Positions 13,790 to 25,954 of a stretch of DNA of 64,000 bases are shown one piece after another. The notes under the pieces were generated by a model. The model had not been told where the DNA came from, did no database searches, and saw only the letters and a list, made by a program, of their open reading frames with translations. A program made the position numbers and the translations under genes. Numbering within the stretch: the first letter of the stretch is position 1; the number at the start of each line of letters is the position of its first letter. Origin of the DNA: the human T2T-CHM13v2.0 reference genome, Homo sapiens; assembly GCF_009914755.1 (NCBI RefSeq), contig NC_060935.1, one strand, 5' to 3'.

Positions 13790-13826
<37 letters not shown>
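13790..13826 (+). repeat. (CA)18 microsatellite
   Basis: Pure CA run. Confidence 0.98.
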
Positions 13827-13828
<2 letters not shown>

Positions 13829-13857
13829 CTGAATAGTAAAACTACTGTTTATCTAAT

Positions 13858-14405
13858 TTCAGGATTTTCTGGTTGCACATAACCCAAAATAAAGTTAAAT
13901 AGGTTTTAAAATAAAAGTAGTGTATTGGCTTCTAAAATAGAAAACCTAAAAGTGGAGTGCTATCTAACATAGTTGTGTCAGAGTGCCAGGTCTTGTTCTC
14001 TGAGATTCTCCCAGCTCTGCTTTCTCATAAGTATAATAATCTTCCTTTTCCTCAATGTGGTTGCTTTATGAAGCCCAGTGACACCTGTGGCTGTAGCCCA
14101 CACACCTGTACACCAAACAAGGTTTGTAGGTTAGCCTTGACTGTAAAAAGGAATCTTTAACTGGCAAGTTCAAGTTCTTGGTCTTCATTTGATTTGACCA
14201 ATAAGAGCTAACAACTGTGGTCAGAGGAGCACCTTGAACTGAATGAGGCTGTTGAAGTGTTGCTCCCCAACCTGGGCCAATAACAATGGCAAAAGAAGCA
14301 GCAAGCTGATCTGTTTACCTTGGAAGAGGAATGAGGTTAATCCCATGCAAAATGTATGGTTGTTACAAAATGGGAAAGAGATGGAACAGATGTTAGAGGA
14401 GCACT
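13858..14405 (-). mobile_element. Old MaLR LTR (MLT1K/L-like)
   Basis: TCAGGATTTTCTGGTTGCA ... GTATTGGCT ... CCAGCTCTGCTTTC pattern; highly diverged. Confidence 0.45.
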
Positions 14406-16686
14406 GCTGTGAACACACTGAAATACAAAAGGGGCACATGACTAAACAAGAATCTGTCTCCCCTCCCTTACTCTTAAGCATCGTCTACTGGATCACAGCC
14501 TGAATTATACCACTAAAGAATTCTTCCAGCACTTATTGTTGGTGAAAACAAGTGCAGGACACTAGCCATGAATAAAAATCCCATACAAAGCTTTGGCCCT
14601 CTGAAAGCATGCAGAAATAAAGCCAATCAACTGTACTCAACTTATACCATTGTCAAACCCTCAAGAGAAATAAAGAACATAAAAATAAAAAGCTCCATCC
14701 AACTCATAGCAATGTCAAAAGGTAAAGGAACACCAGCACTCACAGATGAGAAAGAACCAGTGCAAGAACCCTGACAAGTCTAAAACCCCGGGTGTCTTCT
14801 TACTTCCAAGTGACCACACTAGCACCCCAGTACTGGTTCTTAACCAGATTGAAATAGCTGAAATGACAGACATCAAATTCAGAATGTGAATGAGAATGAA
14901 GCTCAACAAGATACGGGAGAAAGTTGAAACCCAGCCCAAGGAAAACAGTGAAACAATTCAAGAGTTGAAAGATGATGTAGCCATTTTAAAAGGTAACTTC
15001 TGGAATTAAAAATTCACTACTGGAATTTCATAATACAGTTGGAAGCATTAACAACAGAATAGACCAAGTTGAAGAAAGAACTCAGAGCTCAAAGACCACT
15101 CACTCAAATCAACTTAGGCAGAGAAAAAAAAATTAAAAATGAACAAAAACTCTGTGAAAATATGTGATTATGTAAAGAGTCAAAACTTAGGAGTAACTGG
15201 CATTCCTGAGAGGAGAGAGAGTAAGCAACTTGGGAAACAAATTAGAGAATACAGTCTATGAAAATTTTCTTAATCTCGCTAGAGAGTTAGACATGCAAAT
15301 TCAATAAAATAATTTGAGAAATCAGAGAATTCCAGTGAGACTATACAAGATGACCATCTCCAAGACACATAGTCATAAAATTCTCAAAGGTCAACATGAA
15401 ATAAAAGATCTTAATGGCAGCTAGAGAGAAGGGACAGGTCATTTACAAAGGCAATGCCATCAGGCTAACACTGGACCTTTCAGCAGAAACCTTACAGGGC
15501 AGACAAAATTGGGGACCTATTTTGAGAATCCTAAGAGAAAAAAGATTCCAATCAAGAATTTCATATCCCACCAAAGTAAATTTTATCAGTGAAGGAGAAA
15601 TATAATCCTTTTCAGAGAAGCCAACCCTGATGGAATTTGTTACCACTAGATCTGCCTTACAAGAGGTCCTTAAGGGAGTGCTAAGTACAGAAATGAAAGA
15701 ATGATACCTGACACCACAAAAACACACGTAGGTACATAGTGCACAGTCACTATAAAGCAACTACACAGTCAAGTTTACATAAAAACCAGCTAACAACACA
15801 ATGACAGGACCAAATCATCACATATCAAAATGAACCTTGACTGAAAATGGGCCAGAAATCTCACTTAAAAAGCATAGAGTGGCAAGTTGAATAAAGAAAC
15901 AAGACCCAACCTTCTACTCTCTTCGAGAGACCCATCTCAAATATAACTACATGCACAGGCTCAAAGGAAAAGGATAGAGAAAGATCTATCACGCAAATGG
16001 GAAACAAAAAAGAACAGGGGTTACTATTCTTAGATAAAACAGACTTTAAAGCAACAATGATTACAAAGGACAAAGAAAGATATTACATAATAGGATTTCA
16101 AATCAACAAGATGATTTAACTAACCTACATATATACGCACTCAAAATTGGAATACCCAGATTCATAAAACAAGTTTTTATAGACCTACAAAGAGATTTAG
16201 ACAGCCAATAATAGTGGGAGACTTCAACACCCTACTGACAGCATTAGACAGATCATTGAGGCAGTAAACTAATAAAGACATTCTGGACTTAAACTCAACA
16301 CTTGACCAATCAGACCTAACAGACATCTGCAGAATATGCCACCCAACAACCACAGAATGTGCATTCTTCTCATCTACACGTGGAACATGCTCTAAGAATG
16401 ACCGCATGCTTGATCATAAGCCAAGTCTCAATAAATTAAAAAAAAATCATACCAACCACACTCTTAACCCCCAGTGCAATAAAAATGGAAATCAATACCA
16501 AGAAGATCTCTAAAAACAACACAATTACGTGGAAATTGATCAGCTTGCTGCTAAATGACTTTTGAATAAATAACAAAATTAAAGAAAAAATCCAAAAACT
16601 TAACTGATGAAAACAGAGACACAACATACCAGAATCTTTGGGATATAGCTAAAGCAGTGTTAAGAGGAAAATTTATAACACTAAAT

Positions 16687-17572
16687 TGTAGGGAGACCCC
16701 CTGAAACTATTGCTATGGAATAAAAGATGAAATGCTCTTGGTTATTGTAAATACAAAATTGCATGCAGGATTGTGTAAAGACAATGCCAGGTTGGACTGC
16801 CAGAACGAGCCAGCAGCGCATGATGTGCTTCCCCCTGCAGAGAGCCTATGAATGGACGTGCAGTCAGGGAGGTTTCACATCACCAAGATTCCTATCCCAG
16901 AAAAGCAGATATTCATAGCTCTGGGAATGGAATGCGACCCATGTGGAGAGCGTATAAACGGGCGCCTGTCCCTATGGATAAGAAAGGGCTATAAACGCCC
17001 TCATCTTGCCACAGCTCTTCTAGGCCTCTTTAGGGTTAAGGCATAGTCCCTTCCGAGAATTTCTGGTCTAACTGGTTGTCTAGCTTCACGTCCTGTTTCC
17101 CTGGATTGTTTGTAACCAGCTTTTGTTGCAATTGTTACTGCTGATTAATATCTTGCTAATCATAGGTTATGGAAAGATTATGTTTCTGTTTTAAGGCTCT
17201 GTTAGAAATTACTGATGCACACACTATATTGTAAATTCTTATCTCTGTATACTGTACTTCTACATACAAATGTACTGTACTTCTACGTACAAATGTTACG
17301 TTAAAGAATTACTTCATCCCCATGTGACCATCTCACCTCATAATCAAATGATCCTAAATCCCTCACTAACCTACCCCCGCCCTCACTGAACTTAATAATA
17401 AATGCTGGTATATCTAGTGCATTGTTGGCACCATGGGCCCAGAAGGCAGTGACTCCCCTGGACCCAGCTTTCACTATCTTGTGTGTGTCTATGATTTCTC
17501 AACCTGCTGATCCACCTGGGAACAAAGAGAGAGCCCCGTTGCATTGCAGGCTGCTGACCAGATCCTGCAATA
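16687..17572 (+). mobile_element. ERVK-class solo LTR (MER11D-like) inside L1 ORF2
   Basis: Starts TGTAGGGAGACCCCCTGAAAC; AATAAA ~17397; perfect 6-bp TSD CTAAAT (16681-86 / 17573-78). Confidence 0.85.
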
Positions 17573-18799
17573 CTAAATGCCTAGATGAAGAAGTTTAAAA
17601 GATGTCAAAGGAATGACCTAACATTGCATCTAGAGGAACTATAATAATGAGAGCAAACCAACCCTAAAGCTAGCAGAAGAAAAGAAATAACCAAAATTAG
17701 AGTAGAAATTAATGAAATTGAGTAGTAAATATTTTTAAAAAATAAACAAAACCTAAAGTTTGTTTTCTGAAAGCATAAACAAGATTGATAGAATGGTAAC
17801 TAGATGAACACAGAGAAAAGAGAGAAGATCCAAATAAGCAGAATCAGAAATGACAAAGGTGACAGCCCTTAAAGGAATATAGAAAATCCTTAGAGACTAT
17901 TATCAACCCTTCTATGTAAACAAACTAGAAAATTTAGAAGAAATGGAAATTCCTGGAAACACACAACCTCCCAAGATTGAACCAGGCAGAAATTTAAATC
18001 CTGAACAGACCAATAATGAGTTCTGAATTTATTCAGTAATAAAAGACCTACCAACTGAAAAGAGCCCTGGACCAGATGGGTTCACAGCTAAATTTTACCA
18101 GATGTGCATAGAAGAGCTGGTACCATTCCTACAGAATCTATTCTAAAAAATTGAGGAGGATGTACTACTCCTTAACTCATTCTATGAAACCAGTATCATT
18201 TTGATAATAAAATCTGACAGAGACACAATGAAAAAAGAAAACTTCAGTCCAATATCCCTGATGAAAATAGATACAAAAATTCTAAACACAATAGTAGCAA
18301 CCTGAATCCAGCAGCCCATCAAAAAGGTAATTTGTCAGTATCAATTAGGCTTTATTCCTGGGATACAGATTGGTTCAACATATGCAATTCAATAAATATA
18401 TTAACCACATAAATATAATTAAAAGCAAAAACCATATGATTATCTCAATAGAAGCAGAAAAAGGTTTGGATAAAATTTGACATCCTTTAATGTTAAAAAC
18501 CTCCTACTAAATAGGCATCAAAAGATCATACCTCAAATAACCCACAGCCAATCTTATACTGAATGGGCAAAAGCTGGAAGCATTCCCCTTGAGAAATGGA
18601 ACAAGACAAAACTGTTGACTCTTAACCATTTCTATTCAACATAATACTGGAAGTCCTATCTAAAGCAATAAGAGAAGAGAAAGAAATAAATGTCATCATA
18701 GGAAAATAAGTTAAGCTATCTCTCTTTGATGACAATATGATTCTATACCTAGAAAACCCTAAGACTTTGACAAAATGCTCCTAGAAGTGATAAACGACT

Positions 18800-19160
18800 T
18801 GTATTAGTCTGCTCTCACACTGCTATGAGGGAATACCTGAGATGGGGTCATATATAAAGAAAAGAGCTTGAGTTTTCTCACAGTTCTGTGTGGCTGGGGA
18901 GGCCTCAGGAGACTTACAATCATGGCGGAAGGCACCTCTTCACAGGACAGCAGGAGAGAGAATGAGGGCCAGCAGGGGAAATGCTGACGCTTATAAAACC
19001 ATCAGATCTAGTGAAAACTCACTCACTATGATGAGAACAACATGGGGGAAGCCACCCCATGATTCACTTACCTCCCACTGGGTCCCTCCCAGGACACGTG
19101 AGGATTATGGGGATCATAATTCAAGTTGAGATTATTTCGGGACACAGACAAACCATATCA
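18800..19160 (-). mobile_element. THE1C/D solo LTR inside L1 ORF2
   Basis: TGTATTAGTC ... AAACCATATCA; 5-bp TSD CGACT/TGACT. Confidence 0.92.
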
Positions 19161-21674
19161 TGACTTTAGTAAAGTTTCAGGATGCAAAATTAATGTACGC
19201 AAATCAGTAGCATTTCTATACACCAATAACAGTCTTACTGAGAGCAAAACCAAGAATACAATTTCTTTTACAATAGCCACAAAAATGATAAAATACCTGG
19301 GAACATAGCTAACCAACGAGGTGAAATAGCTCTACAACAAGAATTACAAAACACTGCTCAAAGAAATCAGAGATGACACAAACAAGTAGAAAAAACATTC
19401 CATGCTGACAGAAAGAATCAGTACTATTAAAATGGCCAAGGCAATCTACAGATCCAATACTATTGCTATCAAATTACCAATATAATTTTTTTGCAGAATT
19501 AGAAAAAAACTATTCTGAAACTCATATGGAACCTAAAAAGAGCCTAAACAGCCAAAGCATTCGTAAGCACAAGGAGCAAAACTGGAAGCATCACATTATC
19601 TGATTTCAAACTATACTATAAGACTACTATAACTAAAACAACATGGTACTGGTAAAAAATTCAGACCAATGGAACAGAATAGAGAATCCAGAAATAAAGC
19701 CACAGCCTTACAACCATCCAATCTTTGACAAAGTTGACAAAAGTAAGCAATGGGGAAAAGGTTTCCTATTCATTAAATGGTGCTGGGATAGCTGGCTTGC
19801 CACATGCAGAATAAAACTAGACCTCTCTCTTTCACTATATATAAAAATTAACTCAAGACATGTAAGACTCAACTGTTAGACCTCAATGTATAAAAATCCT
19901 AGAATTAAACCTTGGAAATACCCTTCTTGACCTTGACCTTGGTAAAGAATTTGTGTAGGTCCTCAAAAACAATTGCAACAAAAACAAAAATTGACAAGTG
20001 AATCCTAATAAAACTCTTCAGTTTCTGCACAGCAAGAGAAGCTATCAGGGGAGTAAACAGACAACCTACAGAATGGGAGGAGATATTCACAAACTATGTC
20101 TCTGACAAAGGCTTAATATCCAGAATTTGTAAGGAACATGAACAATTCAAAAAGCAAAAGCCAAATAACCCCATTAAAATGTGGACAAAGAACGTTTACC
20201 AACATTTCTCAAAAGAAGACATACAAGCAGCCAACAAACATATGAAACAATGATCATCCTCACTAATCACCAGAGAAATGCAAATCAAAACCACAGTGAG
20301 ATATCATGTCACATCAGTTAGAATTGCCTTTGTTAAAAAGTCTAAAAACAGATGCTGGTGAGGTTGCAGAGAAAGGGTAACACTTATACACTGCCAGTGG
20401 GAATGTAAATTAGTCCAGACACTGTAGAGAGCAGTTTGGAGATTTCTCAAAGGAATGAGTTTAACTACCATTTGATCCAGCAATTCATTGCTGTGTATAT
20501 ACCCAATTGAAAATAAGTCATTCTATCCAAAAGACATGCACTTGTGTGTTCATTGCAGCACCATTTACAATAGCAAGACATGGAATAAACCCAACTCTGT
20601 ATTGGATAACAAAAATGTGGTGCATATACACCATGGAATACTCTACAGCCATAATAAAGAAAAAAAAATTATGTTCTTTGCAGCAAAATGGATGCAGCTG
20701 GACGCTATTACTCTAAGCATGAATTAATACAGAAACAGGAAACCAGTTACCACATGTCCACAGTTATAAGTGGAAACTAAACATTGATTATACATGGACA
20801 TCAATATGAGAAAAATAGATACTGGGGACTACTAGAGGGAGAAGGGCCAGAAGGGTGCAAGGTCTGAAAAACTACCTATTGGGTATTACGCTTACTACCC
20901 TGGAGACAGATTCATTCATACTCCAAATTTCAGTGTCTTGCAATATGTCATTTGTCTTTGCTACAGTTCTACATATGTACCCTCTGAATCTATAATCGAA
21001 GTTGAAAAAATAAAAAGTATAAAAAAATTAAATCTACATGGGATATAATAAATAGAATAAGCACTGCGTAATATTGCATTATTGATGTACAGTACAAACT
21101 GGAAACAGTACCTTGGAGGACAAGGACAAAAAGCGATATAAATTCTACCATTGAAGATTGACCTGGAAGAGAGATTAATTTACTTAATGTACATAATTAA
21201 TTGTAAGAATGTTTTAACAGTAATAAATATAAACTTTCTAGAAAAAAGGTAACAAGACACAACTTCCAGGTTATGTCTTTGGGATAAGAAATGATCTGAC
21301 AGAACCTTCTGTACTTTCTTTACCTATGACCATAAATAACTTCAGGCTTCAAATGAGGATCATGAAATATTTTGTTCAAAGTAATGTAATTTAATTTTTT
21401 TTCGAATTTTTTATTGAGGCAAAAAAAACGAGTGCTAATTTTTTAAAGAAAGATATGATCTCATTAGTAAGTATTGAAACCAAAAGCGTGTTTTTAATTA
21501 AAGCAACCCCAAATCAAGTATATGGGAAAACTCATTCCAAAGGCTTCAGATTGAGGCATAATTTTATTTTGGTCTTTGAGTGTTTTGTCACCATAGTTTG
21601 TAGTGTGGCCTCCTCCACATCTGGTGTGTTCTTCAAGTCAGTGATGAGTTCAGTGGGGCAAAGAGAAGGGGACC

Positions 21675-21840
21675 TCATGGAACAGGGCAGAAAATGGGAT
21701 TCTAGGCCCAATTATTCGACTCACCTAGTGTATATTTTATGCAAGTCACTTAAGAATGGTGGCCCACTATTTCCATGTTGTTTAAAATTGAAATGTTTGA
21801 GCTAAGTGATCCCTGAATTTCCTTCCAGTTCTAAATTGGG
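21675..21840 (+). mobile_element. MIR/MIR3 fragment
   Basis: GCAAGTCACTTAA ... CCTTCCAGTTCTAAA. Confidence 0.6.
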
Positions 21841-22409
21841 AAATTTTATATAGACTTATTCTGGACAAATGACAGAATCATATTTATCTTTGCATTGTGA
21901 CCCTGCCCAGAAGTCAGAGTAGAAGTAAAGCAGCTTTATTTTTATAACACGATATTTTATTCACAGAGCCTCATTCATTTTTCACTGCTGGATCTCTGGG
22001 CCTATTTGGAAAGATATGTTAGAAAAAATGAAACAAAGCACTCTACTTTTTCCATTTGATGTTCATATAGCTGTTACACCTTTCACCTTTGTGATCTTAC
22101 CTTGTATACTGAGTTTTTTCTCTCTGTTTTTCTTCTTTTGACATCAGCTAGACAGTATTGAACTAATCATACTCCTGAGTTCAGGGCACATTATTATAAC
22201 TTGCCCTTGCAAAACCCCTTTATTGTTTCTTTTTTCTAATTATTCATATTTAACACCTAGATCAATTCCATTCCCTTTCCCCTCAAATATTCTTACATGT
22301 TCCATATGCATTTTATTGTATGGTCCCTTGTAAAATATATTATTATCTTATTGCATATAACTAACAGAAAATTGTTTTGTAGATCTCATTCTATTTCTTA
22401 TTTTTTTAA

Positions 22410-22728
<319 letters not shown>

Positions 22729-22925
22729 TGTATTTTTAATATTTGCTTATTTTCCCTGCGTACTTGAATCTATTGTACTTTGTGATTGCATAGTGCGTCC
22801 ACCATACTTTACCTACCACTCTCTTAGAGGAAACCCAGACTGCTTCCTACTCTTTGATGCCATGTGTGATGTTGCAATGATCATACTTATTCCCTTAAGA
22901 ACATGTGAGAATTTTAGTGGGGGTA

Positions 22926-23341
22926 TAACATTTGAGTCAGTGGACTGGGAGAGGAAGACCCACCCTCAATCTGAGTGAGCACCACCTAATCAGCTGCCAG
23001 CGTGGCTACGATAAAAGCAGGCAGGGGAACATGGAAAGACTATACTGGCTTATTCTTCTGGCCTACCTCTTTCTCCCATGCTAGATGCTTCCCGTCATCA
23101 AACATCAGATTCCAGGTTCTTCAGCTTTTGGACTCTTGGAACTGCGATCACAGACTGAAGGTGGCACTGTTGGCTTCCCCCTTTTGAGGTTTTGGAGCTC
23201 AGACTTGCTCCTCAGCTTGCAGATGGCCTATTTTAGAACTTCACTTTGTGATCGTGTGAGTCAATACTCCTTAATATACTCCCCTTTATAGACACATCTA
23301 TTCTATTAGTTCTGTCCCTCTAGAAGACCCTGGTTAATACA
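22926..23341 (+). mobile_element. ERVL LTR MLT2A-like, 5'-truncated
   Basis: AACATTTGAGTCAGTGGACTGGGAGAGG ... GTTCTGTCCCTCTAGAAGACCCTGGTTAATACA. Confidence 0.88.
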
Positions 23342-24220
23342 CTTGTCTAGCATTTTTACAATCTCTGTCATTTCTGGATCTGTATCTATTGACTTTTTTC
23401 TCCTGCCGTGGGTCATAATATCCTGCTTTGTTGCATGCGTGAAAATTTTTCCACTGGATGCAGGATACTGTGTATAATTTTACATTGTAGAATGTTGGAT
23501 TGTGTTTTTTTTTCGGTAGTATTTGATTATTTCCTGGTACACAGTAAAGTTATTTGGGTTCAAATTGCTCTTTTTGAGACTTGCTTTTAGGTTCTTTTAA
23601 GGTGGGTTCAGACTGTTTTTTTAGTCTAGATCTCATTGAGCTCCAAACGTAAGGTATTTCTTTCTGAGAACTTTACCGGATGCCCCATATGATAGGAAGC
23701 ATTTCTACCTGGTCAGGGAAAGGCAAATTATTTCTAGCCTTGTGTGAACCCTGGAAATTATTCTGCCTTCTCCTTTCCAGTAGTTCTTTTCCTATCCTCA
23801 GCTAGTTTCCTTTCACTTATACACAGATAAATACTAAGGTAAGGACTTTGGGAGACTCTTCTATGTATCTACAGAGTTCTCTGGGCAATTCTCTTCTTTT
23901 CAATACTCTGTCCCACAAATTCTAGTCACTTTCTCCCCCATGAACACTTACTTTTTTCTCTTTCACACAATGAGACTTCTGAGTTCTATTTGGGCTCCCT
24001 CTCCCTACTCTACAGCCTGGAATCTTCCCTCAGGCCATACAGTAATCTGGAACATCTACAAAGCTCATTTTATTTTCCTTCCCTCTGGTATCATAGTCCC
24101 ATATGTCCATTGTCCAAGGTTTGAGAACAGTTGATTAATATTTGTCTGGTTTTCTAGTTGTGTAGGCCAGTAGAGTAAATTCATTTCTTGTAACTACACC
24201 ATGGCATAAATTGAATTCCT
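23342..24220 (-). mobile_element. Ancient L1M (L1ME-like) 5' region fragment
   Basis: CATTTCTGGATCTGTATCTATTGAC, CCTGCTTTGTTGCATG, CCCACAAATTCTAG motifs. Confidence 0.6.
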
Positions 24221-25954
24221 AGTCTTCCTTTTATAAAGAAAATATCTGTTACTCTTTTGATGGGTTGCCTCTTTTCTGTTTTCTTTTTCAGGACTGTTTT
24301 TGTAATGTATTTTAAGGTTATGCCAAATGTTTACAGACACGTTTTCCTCAGAATCATCGTTTTTAATATGCTCACCATGACAAGAACCTTGGCATCTTAT
24401 TGACGAAGTAGATTTGGTTCACTCTTTGCAATGTGCTAATCTTGGAAACCCAGAAGTGAAGTTCAATATTGCTAAATTTTTTTTTTTCATTGTGTCAGAG
24501 AAGTGTAGCATGATTTTATATCTAAAAGGAAAGAAAAATTCTGATGATATCATCCAGATAATGAAATGATCACAAAGCAAAGCTTCAGGAAATATAAGCT
24601 ATTTTATAAGTTTTTTCAGTAAATCTTACAGGTTAGAAAAAGTCACAAGACAGAAAGAATTCTGCCTGTGTCCAATCTTTACAAGTATGACAAGTATTTG
24701 AACTGAATCAGATGTGGGCACTGTCAACTATAAACATAGCATTTTCTTTAGCTTCTTGTAGAAAAAAATATCCAGTACCTCTTTGTATAGTATCAATTTT
24801 CAAATGAACAAAAATACCGCACAGTCTTAACTATTCCATTCACAAATTTATAGAGGAGAAAATATTTGGTGTGTTAAATTTTTCATGCTGCACTGAACAA
24901 AGAAGCAGTTAGTTAATATCTGTAGTGAGTTATTTTATATTCAGAACAAGTGACTAAGACATTTAAGGTAGATAGAAATATTTTACTAAGGTTAATTGCC
25001 ATCTGAAAAATTTATAATCTATGAAATTCAGTCCAAAACTAGGTTGCTGTGTATTTTTTGGCTGCTTTGAGTTTAAAAAACATACAACATTGGGTTATTT
25101 ACTTTTTTTTTCCTTCCCCTTGGTTTTTTGGGCGTTTAGGCTAGCTTCCAGGGTCCTAGGATAATTCACATTAATTATTTTTAGACAGGATAATTATAAT
25201 ATCTAAAAAACATATTAATTTAAGAGATAGTTTAACTTAGACATATAAATTTATCTAATTGTTTTGCCAAATATCTGCATATTTATTCATATAAATTACC
25301 CTGTGTTTTTCTAATATTTGTAGTCATTTTAAAAGTAGTGAGAGGAGAGAAGTACCATTGGTGACCTCAAGAGACATGAAAGATTGAATTCTGTCCTGGT
25401 CTGAAAAATAAGAAAGCAAAACTTCTGATTAAATAATTTGGACAATTTAAGAGAGTTACCTTTACTCAATATTTTCTTGATATCTAGGTTTACTTCTTTT
25501 ACTATAAGATTTAATAATCAGTAGTTTAACAAATATTTTAGGGCAGTAGTTGCATTGAGAATTAGGGTCATAGAAATCTAGCTTGAATTATTAATCTTTC
25601 AGTGATTAGGCATAAAGTTCTTAAGTTTAGCCTTAAGTTATTCAGAGCCCAAGGAAATAGGCCTTTGGAAGTCAACAATCTTTAAAGTATTCTCCTGCAA
25701 AACAAAACAAAATTAAAAAGTTAGCCTTAGAGATAATAAATTTCTACTGAGTCAGTGGAGGGGCATGGGGAGCAGTCAAAAGAGTTTGCCCTATATATTT
25801 CAGTAAGTAGATTTTTGTAGGTCATTAGAGGTTAACAAATATTTAGCAAGCATCTCTTATGAGAACAGTAGTGAACAACATAGACCTTTGTCATCATGAA
25901 GTTATATTCTAGGAGAGAAAGATAGACAATAAAAATAAATAAATAAAGAGAAAA

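Larger units (their letters stand above)
14430..21030 (+). mobile_element. Near-full-length old primate L1 (L1PA15/16-like); ORF1 and ORF2 decayed; two nested LTRs
   Basis: ORF1 remnant (AAREKGQVIYKG..RLTLDLSAETLQ); ORF2 start ATGACAGGA at 15801; EN/RT/C-terminal remnants; 3' UTR GAAAAACTACCTATTGGGTA; A-rich tail. Confidence 0.95.

Noticed and set aside
24268-24322. Strong pyrimidine tract + CAG, 25 nt, then AAG|GTTATG
   Set aside because: Not frame-preserving, mediocre donor; such pseudo-exons are common in T-rich DNA.
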